Both the position numbers and the translations under genes were made by a program. Below the pieces are notes generated by a model, which was not told where the DNA came from, did not search any database, and was given only the letters and a program-made list of their open reading frames with translations. From Botryllus schlosseri (taxonomy: Eukaryota), in NCBI GenBank assembly GCA_051294905.1, contig CM119372.1:15998001-16062000 (forward strand): a stretch of 64,000 nt of DNA, in the 5' to 3' direction. This document shows, piece after piece, positions 1 through 13,997 of the stretch (positions within the stretch are counted from its first letter, which is position 1; each line of letters opens with the position of its first letter).

Positions 1-560
1 TACAAAATTAATGCCACATACATATTGCCCGCAAATCGACATTTTGACTTTTAAATACCTCGTGATATTGATAAAACACCAGATTTAACTATGATTTACA
101 GCCTCTATATATGTAGGCGTGTTTCTGTTGTCAAGTGATTAGTTGGTCCATCTACTTTGCTTGATTTGGCTATGGCACCATAGGTCCCCCACCCTATAAA
201 TATTGTAATTGAATTGAAAATAGTGCACTCGAGGATGGTATTGATTAAAAAAATATGTGTCATTATATACCCTGATACAAGCCCTATACTTACATCAAAA
301 ATTATGGCGGGTTTATTAGTCTGGAAGGTGATATGGAAAAATGTATATGTCGATCCAAATTTACTTTACACCGCCTAAAACGTAAATAATTTGTCACAGA
401 CACGATGACTCACGTAAGTCGAAGTTTTTTTGCATGTGAGGAAAGATTCTGCCAGCATGCCATTGTAGACAAATTGTCGTACTGTAATCATGGCATTATC
501 AAAGAGAATTTTTCAAGTATTTTCGGTCCCAGTGTCTCATCGGTACCACATATCCCCCTA
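1..560. mobile_element. Right part of a non-autonomous DNA transposon (same family as 23711-24668), inserted into a GTTCAC-family element
   Basis: Positions ~110-560 are collinear with ~24215-24668 and end in CATCGGTACCACATATCCCCCTA, the same terminus. Confidence 0.75.
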
Positions 561-579
561 CACTACATGTAGGTACGTA

Positions 580-1197
580 TAGTCAGCGGATGATGCTTAT
601 TCAACCAATCGATGAAATTGATATCGTTCTAGAATGCGCACGGGGTCGATCTTGATTTCATATGTTAATTGTATCATAAAAACATATCCGTGCGATTGGG
701 GTGTTTGCCGCTGCTGTATAACTTGTTAATGGTGTAATATCGGTAGCAATTATAGAAACCCGTTTACACTCTGCTCAATATCAGCGTAGCAATACTCATA
801 CGCCGAATGTAATTCCGGTCTGGCCTAGAACGTAAGGCGTAAGCTTAAATTCCCTTTCAAGTTCTCGTCGAAATTGTTGGCAAAGCGACGGAAGATATTG
901 ATTTTATGGGTTTATTATATCATTCGATTGCCTCAGTTGATACAAATGGCGAGGTTTAAAACGTCAATATGTATACTTCAGCATTGTGGCGTGATGTGGC
1001 CCGAGTCGTCGCTAGGCATCCTGTACAGTGTATACAAGTACCTTAATATAGGCTATCACTTCACTGAAATGTAGGGTTGGAATTAGCAATATGACGTCAA
1101 GTGACGTCATGAGGTCCACGTTCGCGTTCACACAGAAGCTTTCAAATGGTTCGCGTTCTAACGAACCTGAACCTTTCAGAGGCTCACACCATCTCTA
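580..1197 (+). mobile_element. Right part of a GTTCAC/GAACC-family hAT MITE
   Basis: Collinear with 53650-54283. Ends CACACCATCTCTA, matching that family's TIR. Confidence 0.8.
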
Positions 1198-1834
1198 ATA
1201 TATATGCGTCAAACCCCACACTACAAATGCACATGTAAATCGCTTTATGCTAATTCTGAAATTTGATTGATATTCTGATCGACTCAATTGACTATACCAC
1301 TGAACGAACACTGCCGGAATATCTGGTGTAGGTCTAACGTGAGTCTAAAATCGGAAACAGTAGATTTTGAAGGTCATGTGTGAATTGGGAAATTGTATAT
1401 AACGTCTTCAGCATCTCTCTTTCTCATGGAGCCTATGCCCAAAATCCTTGACAGAAAAATAATAATTTCATCTATCTCCTAATATAAGTCCCGCATTTAC
1501 GAGCTAGGGGCTCACTATTCTGTAACGCTGGACCAGACTGATTGGGAGCTGTGCACAAAGGAGCCTGCTGCGAAGTGACGTGTTGACTCTAATACATATT
1601 ATGGCATAATCCAGTGTTTGGAATGTTAACGAGGTGAACGCTGTAGGCTATACCAGCTGGCATTGTATGAGCTAGCAATATTCACCATGACCGTTACGGT
1701 AATGTCGCCGATATTATCGACAGTTGGAGTATAATTAGGAAATCATTACGCCAACAGTTCACATTCGATGGTAGATAGTTTGATAGGGTATTCTATATGA
1801 CGAGTTCAAAATGAGCTAATAAACATGCTTGGCA

Positions 1835-2188
1835 AGAGTGTCGGAAGTTCTCAAGTCATGACTTGACTCGAGTAAAATTTTGCGAAAATGACTTGATTTG
1901 ACTCACTGTTTCAAAAATGTGGATTTACTCGTGACTCCGAGCAAAAATTATAAGTCAATTTCAAGTAATTGGTATCGACTAAATCGCTATATCTTGTGTA
2001 ATGTTCGTATTGTTCGCGATATGCTGGTGTGAACGTCAACATTCTACATGACTTGAATTGTGACTTGACTCGTGACTGACCTGACTTGACTTGACTCTAA
2101 TCCTTTAAAAATCGATTGATTTGACATGAATCAAGTCAAAATGTGCAATGACTTGTGACTCGAAGGTAGTGACTTGTTCCCAACGTTG
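1835..2188 (+). mobile_element. Internally deleted GACTT-family hAT MITE
   Basis: GACTTGACTCGAG arrays and terminus GAAGGTAGTGACTTGTTCCCAACGTTG, similar to 55340-56717. Confidence 0.75.
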
Positions 2189-2304
2189 ATGAGACAAGCA
2201 CATTATGGCGATATTCTTAGCTTGGCTATAACCAAACGATAGGATGCAACTCTTCAATAGGTCAGCACCTTTTGACGGATCTAGAGTGTGCAAGATCCCG
2301 TATC

Positions 2305-3310
2305 TAGGGTTGGAGTTAAAACAAAAATCCATTTGAAACAAACATGTTTAAAAACTCACCCTCGGTCAAAACATGTTTTTTTTCTTCTTTTTCTCTAGCC
2401 ATGACGTCACGAATCTTCAATTGTGTCGTCACAATGGATTGGTATTCAGAATTCAGAATATAGGGTAAATATCAGGGATGAGCGGATTTGAAATTTCTAT
2501 GTCCTAATCCAATCTAAATCCGAACCGTCATATCCAAATCCAAATCCTAATCCATACCTTTTTCATATTCAAGTCCTTGTCCAATCCTAATCCGATTCCA
2601 ACTGGAAATTCAGAAAAAATATTAATTTATGCAATGGAGGGATTCGAAAATTTTCTTTCACAATCAACGATTCACTTGATTCAAGATAACTTAGTAACCA
2701 TAAGTACAATAATAACTGATCTGAATAAAGTTTGTCGCCATTCGCCTCACGACATTTCAATCTCCCAGAAAATAGGTAAATCCAATCCAAATCCTAATCC
2801 GTTCTAAAAAAAATGTTTAATCCAAATCCAATCCAAATCCGACAACATTTCACAAATCCTGTTTTTTCAAAACCTAATCCTAATCCATGCTCATCTCTGG
2901 TAAATATGGCCCTTGGACGAAAAGGGCTTCCAAACACTGTCATAAACAGACCAAAAATATCTTCAACCATGACTAAATCGTTATGTTGCATTTTTACGGT
3001 CTGCGGTCATCATCATCAGAGCATTCATACAGTACCAATCATCTATATTTACGTGCTCTAACTGTTGAACCAACGACGATATAGATGGTCCAGCCACTGC
3101 ATATCGTAGACGTCGACTATATTGGGTGCAAATCGTCCGTAGGTTCATAATACTTGTTTTTTTGAAAGTATTTACACAATTATGGCATGATTATACGTTT
3201 GAAAAAAAAACAATTTTGCTTTTTTCAAAACGGCATTTATTTAAAACACTGTTTAAAACATGTTTTAAAAAAATTGTTTTGAAACACCGTTTGTTTCAAA
3301 TGTAACCCTA
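2305..3310. mobile_element. Non-autonomous hAT-like element hosting 2473-2899
   Basis: TAGGGTT...AACCCTA termini, flanks CCCGTATC/CCTGTATC (7/8), AAAACA motif clusters at both ends. Confidence 0.7.
2473..2899. mobile_element. hAT MITE with CCAAAT/CCTAAT subterminal arrays
   Basis: TIR CAGGGATGAGC...GCTCATCTCTG and perfect 8-bp TSD GTAAATAT. Confidence 0.85.
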
Positions 3311-3327
3311 CCTGTATCGCTAACTTA

Positions 3328-3720
3328 CTATTATTATTATTATTCATTATCAAAACCATGTTATGGTGAATATAACAGCGTGGTCTTTTGCACCCCCCGA
3401 CAATAAATTCCATTAATAACACAAGCTACGTAATAATTTCAATACACGATATTATTATTGGGAAGTCAAATGACAGTTTTTATATACGGCGTCCCGTTGA
3501 TATTACAAAGTCGATTACGTGTTGTAATATATTGGTGTCCGTCAATAAGTTTTCCAAGATGAATGGGATTCGCTTTCGCTGTGCACTGTTTCTTAGTGTC
3601 TGTCTGCGTTGTTCCAGTGCCGGACAATCCATCGAAAAATGTCGCACGCCTTCGATAAATCCACAATGTGCACAAAGATATGTCGCTGACACCCCTATTC
3701 CGTAGAGATGTCCATTCAAT
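3328..3720 (-). mobile_element. 5'-truncated I-group LINE 3' end
   Basis: ORF 3480-3719 encodes a C-terminal CCHC finger (CAHC...H...C...VIDFVISTGRRI), followed by a 3' UTR and a (TAA)n tail. Confidence 0.7.
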
Positions 3721-3933
3721 CCGCAGTGTCCCGTTCGTAACTGAAATAACGCGGATTCGTTTCTTCGCGATACTTGTCTTGGAATTGTCGTATCGACGTT
3801 AGGTTGGTAGTGACAATATACGTTGCTCCCTGGTCAGTGCTTTGGTATTGCCAATTCCAGATCGCTAACTGATTGTCAAGTCTTTCTCGTGGCCGTACTA
3901 CATTCCATTCACACGTTCTAAAATCGACTATAG

Positions 3934-5849
3934 CAGTGCTTTTCAACCTTTTTGAGCTCCATTCGCACTTTTTTTGTAAAATAAATTTCATTCGCACAAA
4001 CAAACCAAAAATTGTTATACAAAAAGAATATGAAGATACATAACAACAGTTTGTTCAGATGTGCAACAAATTGGCTGCTATGTAGCTTAAGCTATCAAGT
4101 GTCTCATTGAAAAGGTACCTTTTTCGCTCGTTTTGATTTCAACTATTTCACTAAAACCGTTATCGGCCAAACAGGTTGTTGGGTTTTGTACAAGAGCGTC
4201 TACTATTGCTTGGATGGCCAGGTCTTAAAATCTGTTCTGCACCCCCCACCCAAAATACAGCGTCTTTTTTGCGAGTGAAACATGCTTGCTGGTGAAAGTC
4301 GTTTTTAAGAGCTGACGCAAAGGTCCCGGAGGCTCCAGTTTGTCGAAGGGGCGAAGAACTTACATGCTTGTATTGAGGCTTTTGCCTTATGTCTTGGAAA
4401 ATAAGGTCCAAAACGATCAAGTTAAGTAGGTGCATTAGAGCTCGCTACCTTATGATATGCTGCTCCAACTTGTGTTCTGTTTTTTTTTCGATTTCCCCGT
4501 TTCTATCTTGCGAGTGAATGAGAAGAGCAAATAAACTCACGTTACCGTATGTTCTGCTATTTCACCCAATCTAACTTGAGAAATTACAACAGTTTAATAA
4601 CGGTAAAGCAGCATTTTAGACTACCACGAAAATCTGAGCTTTTGGGGCATCTCGCGACCCGAGCTTCACCCATGAAAAAGAATTCATTTTTAATATTCCA
4701 TTAATATGCTACGATTTCACGGACATGTATGACATACAGAACGCGCTCACCACAATTCTACACAACACAGCTCCACAAAACATGTCTGACGAACGCGATT
4801 TCAAATTAGGGTAAATTAAATTCCTATGCGTGTCGCAGTTGTATTACTGTAACTACTGTCAACTCAGATTGCAAGAGCGGGATTATTCCGTGCCGATAAC
4901 GGAGCATATCCATATCGAAAGGTTTAGCCATCCAGCATCGGTCATGTTCTGGCCAAGGTTTTGTCGTCGCTTATGTTTTTGGCACTGCATTTTATCAGCG
5001 GTTTGTTGGCAAAAACTTAACGTGTTCATGTTCAACGACGCAGAAGTGGTTGGGTTGGCCTCGAAATGAATGAGTCTCACATGCCTGAGCTCGCTCGTTG
5101 CCCACCCCTACACTATAGTTCATTCCAACGGTCTTCGACCATGTTGTCCTGAAAAACCAGTCGGAAAAATCTTATCACGAATTCTCATAAACCATATTTT
5201 CTGAGTGTCTCGATTATTGGCTGCAGTGCCAAACACAGTGGCCGCTTAAATATGTGAAAACTATTCCAGGATTTTTTGCAATAAGTTCAACAAATATTAC
5301 ATACATATTAACAGATAGCTCTGGCACCATGTCGACTCAAAATTATACTATTTGCGGTTCATACTTTAATAACCATTGAAGGGGTGAAAATTTGTGTTAC
5401 AGTAACTTGCAAATGCGAGTTTGTAATGATGATATATACTATCCTCGTGCCTCACCCTAGTCGAACGGGCATTACGAAAATATGATGATTGCTTAGCGAA
5501 AGAAAGCAGGAAGTCAACTGGACGTCATTTTTCAGCCCGTCGCAGGCTCAGACGGGCTGATATATTGATGTCTGCCACTACACCAGCTTCGACACCAGGC
5601 TTTTGGCTACGTACCAATTATAGTGCGGCTTGTGAGAGCTACGATTAGTGGTGCGTCGTAAGATAAACAAGTTCTTACAATTGCGTCTCAACTAGAAAAG
5701 TTACCCTGCCCTTGGATTTCCTATTACGTTTATTTGAGTTATTCCATGGCAGAAAAATTACAATTATTCACAATTTTTATTCGCACCATCCGCACTGCAA
5801 TTTTTTCATTAGTACAAGTGCGAACCGTCACACAGGTTGAAAACCACTG
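3934..5849. mobile_element. Non-autonomous hAT (Buster/Charlie-type) element
   Basis: TIR CAGTGCTTTTCAACCT...AGGTTGAAAACCACTG and perfect TSD GACTATAG. Confidence 0.85.
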
Positions 5850-8352
5850 GACTATAGTATAAGACTCGAACATTATATTGTCTGTCGACTGAAGGACCGC
5901 CTCTTTACTCTCCGAGTATATTTCAGTAATGTTATTATTAGCATTATTTTCTTTATTCACAGTAAAACTGCTAAATATACGCAATCTCGGTGATATTATT
6001 ATTATCATACTATTTATTTGCAGTAAAACTAGTAAATACACACGTATTCCAGGGACCAACCTGCTTGCTATAGGGGAAATGGCGAGATTGAAGTATACTT
6101 AAATAATTTCAGTATTCAATTCAAATTGCTGCTCATAATACATGCAGAAGTCAGATTACAGAATTGCGGTAGATGAAGATTCGGCAAGGGTTGTAGAGGT
6201 AAAGATGACTTGAAATGTAAGATCGAAATTACAGAAATTATGCTGTGATTTTCGAGTGCAAGTGTAATTAAGTCCAGTGGTGCATCCAAGATCTTCCGAG
6301 GAATATGCTAAGTGTCCAACAAAGTGATCTTCAGGATCATGTCGAATCGAACGCCTCCAGAACTTTTTTTGCATATGAGCCATAAGCTTTTTGCTTATGA
6401 CCCCGAAGCATATCTTTTGTGCTATTCACTATATCATTACAATCCGTCAAGAACGGAATGGACTTCTCTTAACGTCTTCACAGCTCATAGTTCTCGTGAA
6501 ATTACCTAATATAATATCGTCCTAGAAGTTTCTTGGTTAAGTCTCCGAATCAACATCAACACAGCCATCATGATTGTCCAAATGTCCATCCTCGTATGCT
6601 TTTATATCGATATCACTAAGTGTAAATATAGGGAAGAAGCGCAGACACGACAAATTGCTACCAGTGACCAGCAACCAGTGATTTTTCACATTGCTTGAAG
6701 ATTGTAAGTGGTATCTGGTGCTCCAACCTGATACTATTTAGATTTTCGGAATCGATGCGACAATACCTATCGATTCATAATGGCCAATGCAAATTATGAG
6801 CTCACATCGTCATGCAGCAACTTCGAGCAACATGCGACTCTCGTAGAATGAGCATACTCGTAGCAACAAATGCTTGTTTACCCTCGGTCAATGAACTCGA
6901 ATGGCTGATGATATTTGCAGGACTAAAGAAATCGGATATATATGTCCATCATTATTCCAGAGTTGACTCAAGTCACTCCCTTCGAGTCACAAGTCATATT
7001 GAGTCATTATACATTTGGACAGGAGTGAATTCAAGTCACACGATTTTGTGAGAACTCGATTCGAGTAACGAGTCAAGTCACGAGTCATGTCAAGTTGAAT
7101 TTTCGAAGTAATAGAATGAGTCGGCATTTATTCTGGATCGAGGATAAGATATACAGCTAAATACATATGTTGAATAAATGAATCCGCCTATTTTGACGTG
7201 TGTCCTTATTTTTGGTTAGTTCATCCTTATCTCCGGCAACAGGCCTTGAATATTGTGCATTTAATCCATGATTGTATGACATCATGAATGAAACATGTTC
7301 TCGCGGCGTATACGTCACAGGGCAGTATTGTTGTATGTGGAGATGTAGGCTACCTGATGCTGTGTTGTACAATTTCTTTTTTGCGTTTACCTGTTTCAGC
7401 GAGCGCCGCGTGTGAGATGGACAGTTAGCATTCCGGTGGCCAACCAATAGCCACGGATTTTTTTGTGTCCGGCCACAAATATTCCGTGACCGGCCATGAA
7501 AACTGGTATTCAATGGCAGGCCACAGTGAATTTTATGACCAGCAATGAAATTTCACTGCGACTGGCCACGAGACTTCCTTGGCCGGGCACAGAAAACTCG
7601 TTTTTTTGGCCGGCCGTAATATACCAACTTAGTAGTAAATATCAGTACTGTCCGTGACCCAATCGAATCGGGGTCAAATGTATGATCAATTATGTTCTAT
7701 TATGGGTGTACAGTCAATAGAATTAGGTGATAGCGACAGTTTAGCTGAGTTTATAAGAATTTTCACCCGAAATACCAGAAAAATGGCTATAAAATGTAAC
7801 AATAGGAAAAAGTCGAAACAATCAGGCAGAGTCTCTAAGATATCAATTAAAAACACATAAAATGATGTAAAGAATAGATTTAAAAGGGGGATACTCGCTG
7901 AAACAGGAAATAATTGTATAGAAAGCCAGAAGCAATGAAGATAGTATCAAAGCAGGTAACTGGCAAGTATTGATTCGGATAGAAATAGACCCGAATGTTC
8001 GGCTGACGCTCGTCACGGGTAATCGTCAGCAACTGTATAGAATTGGAAAGAACAATGAATACCAAATATATGTCGGAAAGCTGTGAAATTCACATGACAC
8101 TTTGTGGCCGGCAACAGAACAGCTCGGAGCTCGCTGTGGCCGGTGCTTCCCCCGTTCTGATATTGATTTTCTGCTGTAAGATGTGCAATGTGCCTACTGC
8201 ATTGTGCAGTTGCAATCGATTGTATAGTTGGTTATATTTTGTAAATATACACACCTGCGATTAAGTAATATGAGGCTGATTATATCCATCATTTTCAACC
8301 ATTTTTATCGTGTATGATAAGTCTGCGATGCGAGGTTATAAAGATATACTTG

Positions 8353-9616
8353 TAGAGGTGGTCAGTAACGAAGTACTTCTACTTTTTCGGAGTACTCAAG
8401 TAGTTTTAGACTACTTGTGGTAATTACTCGAGTTAATCTCATTTCCGCTACTTCTGCTTCGTAATATTTTTTGATCTACTTACTTACTTTTCGCTATTTT
8501 CAGTTTGTCAAGTAGAAGTAGTGTAATCCTTCGATTCGAAAAGAGCCTGAGGAATTTCGGGGCTGTTTTCTTGAAGTACCAACATTTAATTTTTATAAAA
8601 GTTAACTAAAGCCCAGAATTTTGATCGCGATTCTCGCCAAGTAGATATGAAGTGACAAGTATATTTTCACGAAAGTATTCTTGAATAGGCTATAATTTAG
8701 GTAGCGGTAGCGTGGCTCCCTTTACTCACACCGCATTGTCGCCCATATGAAACAGTTCATCACAGTAAATATGGCCCATCATAAAGTTTGAAACTAGTAG
8801 TTTCACAATCTAGCATTTATCTGTCATATCGTAATCTAGCAGCCCAGCATGGCGTGTCCTAATCTGGAGAAGTCTCTGAGTTTTTGAGCATGAGATTTGT
8901 TTTTAGCAGACCACTGTTGAAGCTATATCTGGACAAGGGACATGTCACACATTTTCCGCTTTTCACCAGTAGTGTTTGTATTTCTCTTTTAGTTCGCAGT
9001 ATCATTAGGTTCAGTTCCTTTGTCTGGATCTGGAGAGCTTACATGTTGAAGTTTTAAAGCAAGTGTAGCAATACTTCTATTTTCCGAAAATAAAATAAAA
9101 TTACGCTACGGTGTGGCATTTTTACGGTCCGCCATATTTTTTTTAGCGTATAAGATACTAATGTCGCACCGATACAGCTTCTTGGTATTGCTCTTCGACT
9201 AAACTATGGGCCTTATAATATGGGTGAGAGCGCAGCACTATGACGTTTTCTAAAACGGGGTGTTCGGGTAAACAAAGATTAGTGTGCATAGCGACATCTT
9301 TTGCTTTCCATGATACGGACGAATGCTTATGCCTTTGAAAATTGATACCTAATGTGATTCATCAATATGAATCAAGCTCTCTGCACCTTCCGTATAGCTC
9401 AATTTGCAGCTCTTGACAGTCCATGCGAACGTAATATGACTGTTTTCAAAACTACTTAATTACTTGAGTAGATTTTAAGCCAGGAAATTCTACTTCTAAT
9501 TCAAGTAGTTTTAGGTTGCTTTAAAAAGGGTACTTCTACTCGTACTTGAGCAGATTTTTGCGTCGCTACTTCTACTTTTACTTGAGTAGCCTTCTCGACT
9601 ACTTTGATCACCTCTG
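8353..9616. mobile_element. TACTT-array hAT MITE
   Basis: TAGAGGTGGTCA...TGATCACCTCTG termini, TSD TATACTTG/TATATTTG. Inverted homolog of 43772-45060. Confidence 0.85.
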
Positions 9617-10039
9617 TATATTTGATCATCCATAGTTCAAGGATGTAGGGGCAGTTTAAAATCTTTCGTGAATTCCCCTGATGAATTTATGAATAATACA
9701 ATTATTGTACTGAAAATTTGTCTTAACTCACTGCAGATTTGTTTGTTTCACGCTTAAGTAGACTCGACTATACCTCCTTAAATACATATATATGTTTGAT
9801 CGAGTTACTTAATCGGTCAATATGCGGCCATTTTACCTGTTTTCTCGTTCTCAGTACTAAATTCCGTAATCATAGTACCCGAACGAAACAATCAGGGAAT
9901 CAAAGAACCAATAATATGTGGAATGTACTCTTTAATTTCCGGAAAAACTGTGAAATCCACATAACATTCTGTGGCCGGACACAGAGCAGCACAAAACTGT
10001 TGTTAAACATGACCAAGGTGGAACAGAAACCCGTACAAT

Positions 10040-10680
10040 TGACATCCGCAATGGCATATTTCAAGGCGACTCATTCTCGCGACTTCAATTCCGCCTCAGC
10101 TTAGCTCCACTCAGTGAGTTGCTGAGAAAAAAATAAAACAGGATACGAGATGAGAAAGGTATCAAACTCTGAAGCTCAAAAGATTCATCACCCTTTGTTC
10201 ATGGCTGATCTGTAACTGTATGCAAAATCCGATACGGACCTGACTAACCAAATGAAAATTGCTCATGAGTTTTCAGAAGATACAAAAATGAAATTTGGCT
10301 TGGATAAATGCTCAAAACTTACCATACGACGTGGCAGAGCCACCAGCGCTGGAGACATGAATTTCAAAATGGATGAAGCCATAACAGAATTGAATGCTGA
10401 AGACCACTAAAAATATTTAGGGATCTGTGAAAGCGACAACATTAAACATGTTGAAATGAAATCAAGTCTAAAAAAGAAGTCAATCCTCAAAATTGAATCA
10501 ATTTCAAAAACAAAATCAATGCGATAAGCAGTCTTACAGTATGCCTCTATTGAGATATATAGCTTTGGTGTGGTGAACTGGCGCAAAGATGAAACAAAAA
10601 AAAATAGACACAAAGACTAGAAAACTTATGACAATGCATCACATGCACCACTCAAAATCTGATACACAAGGACTGTACAT
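10040..10680 (+). pseudogene. Degenerate non-LTR reverse transcriptase fragment (R4/Dong-like)
   Basis: Hand translation gives GIFQGDSFS, HHPLFMADL*LYAK, MKFGLDKCSK and KYLGI, with stops. Confidence 0.75.
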
Positions 10681-12240
10681 AAGGGGTCTTCAAAAATGAC
10701 TTTTTTTCTCAAATCGCACTGGCTACTTGATAAAATTGTTAGGTTGCCTACTTTAAGTCCACACACCTAATTTGGTTCAATTCCAACCAGTAGTCGCATT
10801 GCCACAGGAGAAGAAAGTTTCTATTTATTATTATGAAAATAAATAACTAAAAATTTGAAAATTTTCTGATCACCCCATGAAAGTGTTAGGTTGTCTATAG
10901 AAACGATGTTCATCAAATTTGGTTCAATTCCAACCAGCGGAAGCGGAGTTATTGGCGTCGGAAAATTTGGATTATGAATAAAATAGTATATTAACGGTGA
11001 CCAATTCTTTAAATATTTATCATGCACAAATGTTTAAAATTTGTCATTTAATAATATCAGTACACAATACCAACCAGCATCACACGGCTTCAATTTTTTC
11101 TCTTACTTCTCATGATTACAAGTTGGACGCTATCTTGCATGCTTTCATTCGCCGCTGACTAACCTGGCTTCACCACTATCAGCTTGCCGAGTTTTCGCGT
11201 TAAGCCGTGACAGAAAAAGTTTATTGTGAAACAACAGCGATTTAAAAAAACACTTCAATGCACGATCTTCAAGCCAAAAATAAAAGCAGTATGACGATAT
11301 ATATTCATTACATTTTGTAAATCCGTAAAATAAGGTATCGTATTGTAGACGTAGGCATACAACCACGCATTATTTCGGAATGTAACGCATTCCTAAAAAC
11401 ACAACGGATAGGCTCATGCTTCACGTGAGGGAATACGAATATAAGAACTGTCACGCCGTTATACTCTCGTAATGCATCGAATATATACGTGCATGTTATG
11501 AAATTCAATTATATACAATGCATATACATTCGAATTTATATCTGGTTCAATAAATAATACATTCCGTTGGAACGGTTACAACGGACGCTACACAACCTTC
11601 TGGGGTCAGATTACACATCAGTAATATCACATTACATGCTCTCTGGGTTGGAAGCAGTCACATTACTCGTGTTGCATAATTGATGTAATATTTTCAAGTG
11701 CGACTTTCACTCCTTAGTGTAAATATGCGTAGCGTGAAAATCGATTATAATTCATATATGAGGAAACGACTTCGGATTTGCTTGTAACCGCAATGTCATT
11801 AGTAATCGTGAATTTATGTTAACTGCGCGTATTGTCTTTGATTGGTGATGTAGGATCCTTATCGCCAAGAAAATAGCGACTTCCCCTCCCTTTTTTTGCA
11901 GAAGTAATTCATGCAGATCTTGCAAACTGTGATTGTCAAAAACATGCGTTAGTTAAAGGATGTGCAGCGATGGCATACGTCTGCAGAGGTGGTCGGATAA
12001 GTCATTGAAAATATGATTAAAGTAACAGTGTAATCGATGTCGAGTCACTTACGACTGGATGTAGAAATTTTAGGACATGTTCAAAATACTTGAAGTAGAG
12101 ATCGAAAACATAATGTATATTACCATATTTCATATATGTAGATTAGCGAAGTATTCCGGGACGAAGTGTTACAGTCTATCGAACGCCAGGGACTGATATA
12201 AATTTTGCATTTTTTCATCTTCATAAATAGGGCTGAATGA

Positions 12241-13507
12241 CAGACTTGTACAAACTACAAACATTTAGTTAGTTGATGGTCCACTAACTAACTATTTTTT
12301 CAGCATTTCCTGTTCTAGTTGCAGTTGCGGATTTTGAAAATTGAGTAGTTCTATAGTTCTAGTCGTAGTTGCGGATTTTGAAAACTCAGTAGTTCTAGTT
12401 CTAGATTTAGTTGCAAATTTGAAAAAATATTAGTTACCGAACCACTAGAAAACATGTGTCGTGGTTTTGGGCGCATTGAGATGCCGGTGTTCTGTTTTAT
12501 GATTATTTGTGCACAAGGTGCAGCTATTGTTCGCTCATATCCATCACTGCTAACAGTGGCGTAGCGGGCAGGTTACTTTTTGGGGTCGGAATCTCTCCCA
12601 TATTTCAAACTCGAAACCCAGTTGCTTTGAAATGTCTATTCAATGACTGATATTTCCGAAAAATCAAAATAATGAGTTAACTATATAGGAGAATGAAATC
12701 CAGTTCTGTACGGTTCTAGACCTCAATCACTTGTGAATACGATAGCGAGCTAAGTCAAAAGTTTGCACTTTATTAGGCAGTGTATGTATTTCTAATAATT
12801 TATAAATTGAAAGCAATGAATTACGTGGTTAACACACGCTTTTGGGTGAATGTGTTACTATTAGGCAACTGGAAATTTATTGTCAAAGTACAAATATAAT
12901 ATTTATCCCGCTTATTTATTCAAAACAATGGTAAACAAGTAACATTGTTAACTCTTTTTAATCACACCAGCCCATATAGACACGTCCTTCTAAAAGACAT
13001 CAAAATATATGGGATGTTACAGTGTGGTCACTATAACGAGCGGTGTGTCGCTTATTGGTAAAATCGTCCTGTTGTTTTGGTATAGTTTCGCTGGCAGGTT
13101 TTCCGAATTCGTCTTCTCGCAGCTTCAGCTGAATGGATGTGTGCTTATGTCTTAATCCCGACTTTAATCAAACCATGTTGTATCGACTTTATTATGAATA
13201 TAGAATACGCCAGGGATCGGCTACCTCTGGCATCCGTGCCCCTTTTGTGTTGTTATCTGTACGACAACCAGTAAAGCTACTCAGGCAGCAGACTTGTACA
13301 AACTAAACATTTAGTTAGTTGATGGTCAACTAACTAACGATATTTTCAGTAGTAATAGTTCTAACGATTTTGTTAGTAGTTCTAGTTCTAGTTGTGGATT
13401 TTGAAGATCGGGTAGTTCTAGTTCTAGTTGTTAGTTTTAAAAATTGAGTAGTTCTACTTATAGTTCTAGTTGTGGTTTTTCAAAATCCAGTAGTTTGTAC
13501 AAGTCCG
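12241..13507. mobile_element. CTAGTT-array hAT MITE with an internal duplicate of its left end
   Basis: TIR CAGACTTGTACAAACTA...TAGTTTGTACAAGTCCG, TSD CTGAATGA/CAGAATGA, second left terminus at 13289. Confidence 0.8.
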
Positions 13508-13997
13508 CAGAATGACTTATATTCACCACGCAGCAACTCTGTATTCGAAATTATATTTTATTGCCGTGGCGCATGGGGTGAGTCGCCTGATTGCTGTGAA
13601 AGTTTTACTCGTAGAAGTGATGCGAATGTATCCAAACAGTTAGGTCTTGATTGACTAAATCTAAAATCTGGAAAGTTGGTTGATTTCGCGAAGTTTTGAA
13701 ATACAAGTGAACTTGGTCTAATGGAAAAATTCTTAGGTGAGCACCACCAGTCCGACTAATAGGTCCCATCAACAAAAGGCAGTAACTATATGTCTGAATA
13801 AAGGAGCTGTCAGTGTGTCAACAATCCATGTGATATACCGGATTAGGCTTGTCGCCGATATTGCATAACATTATGGGGGCATAGTGAATGAGATGTCCGT
13901 AAGCAAGAAAATGTTTATCCATAGCATACTTCGTATATGTTAAAATTATCTTTTACCGCACCGTTTAGAACGAATCATGCACGGATTGCGTCATAAT

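Noticed and set aside
2500..2890. Telomere-like CCTAAT repeats and NPNPNP ORFs
   Set aside because: Not TTAGGG tandem arrays. They are subterminal motifs of a MITE.
4364..4392. Possible 29-nt minus-strand exon (AG...GTAAGT)
   Set aside because: Lies inside a TSD-bounded transposon, with no supporting homology.
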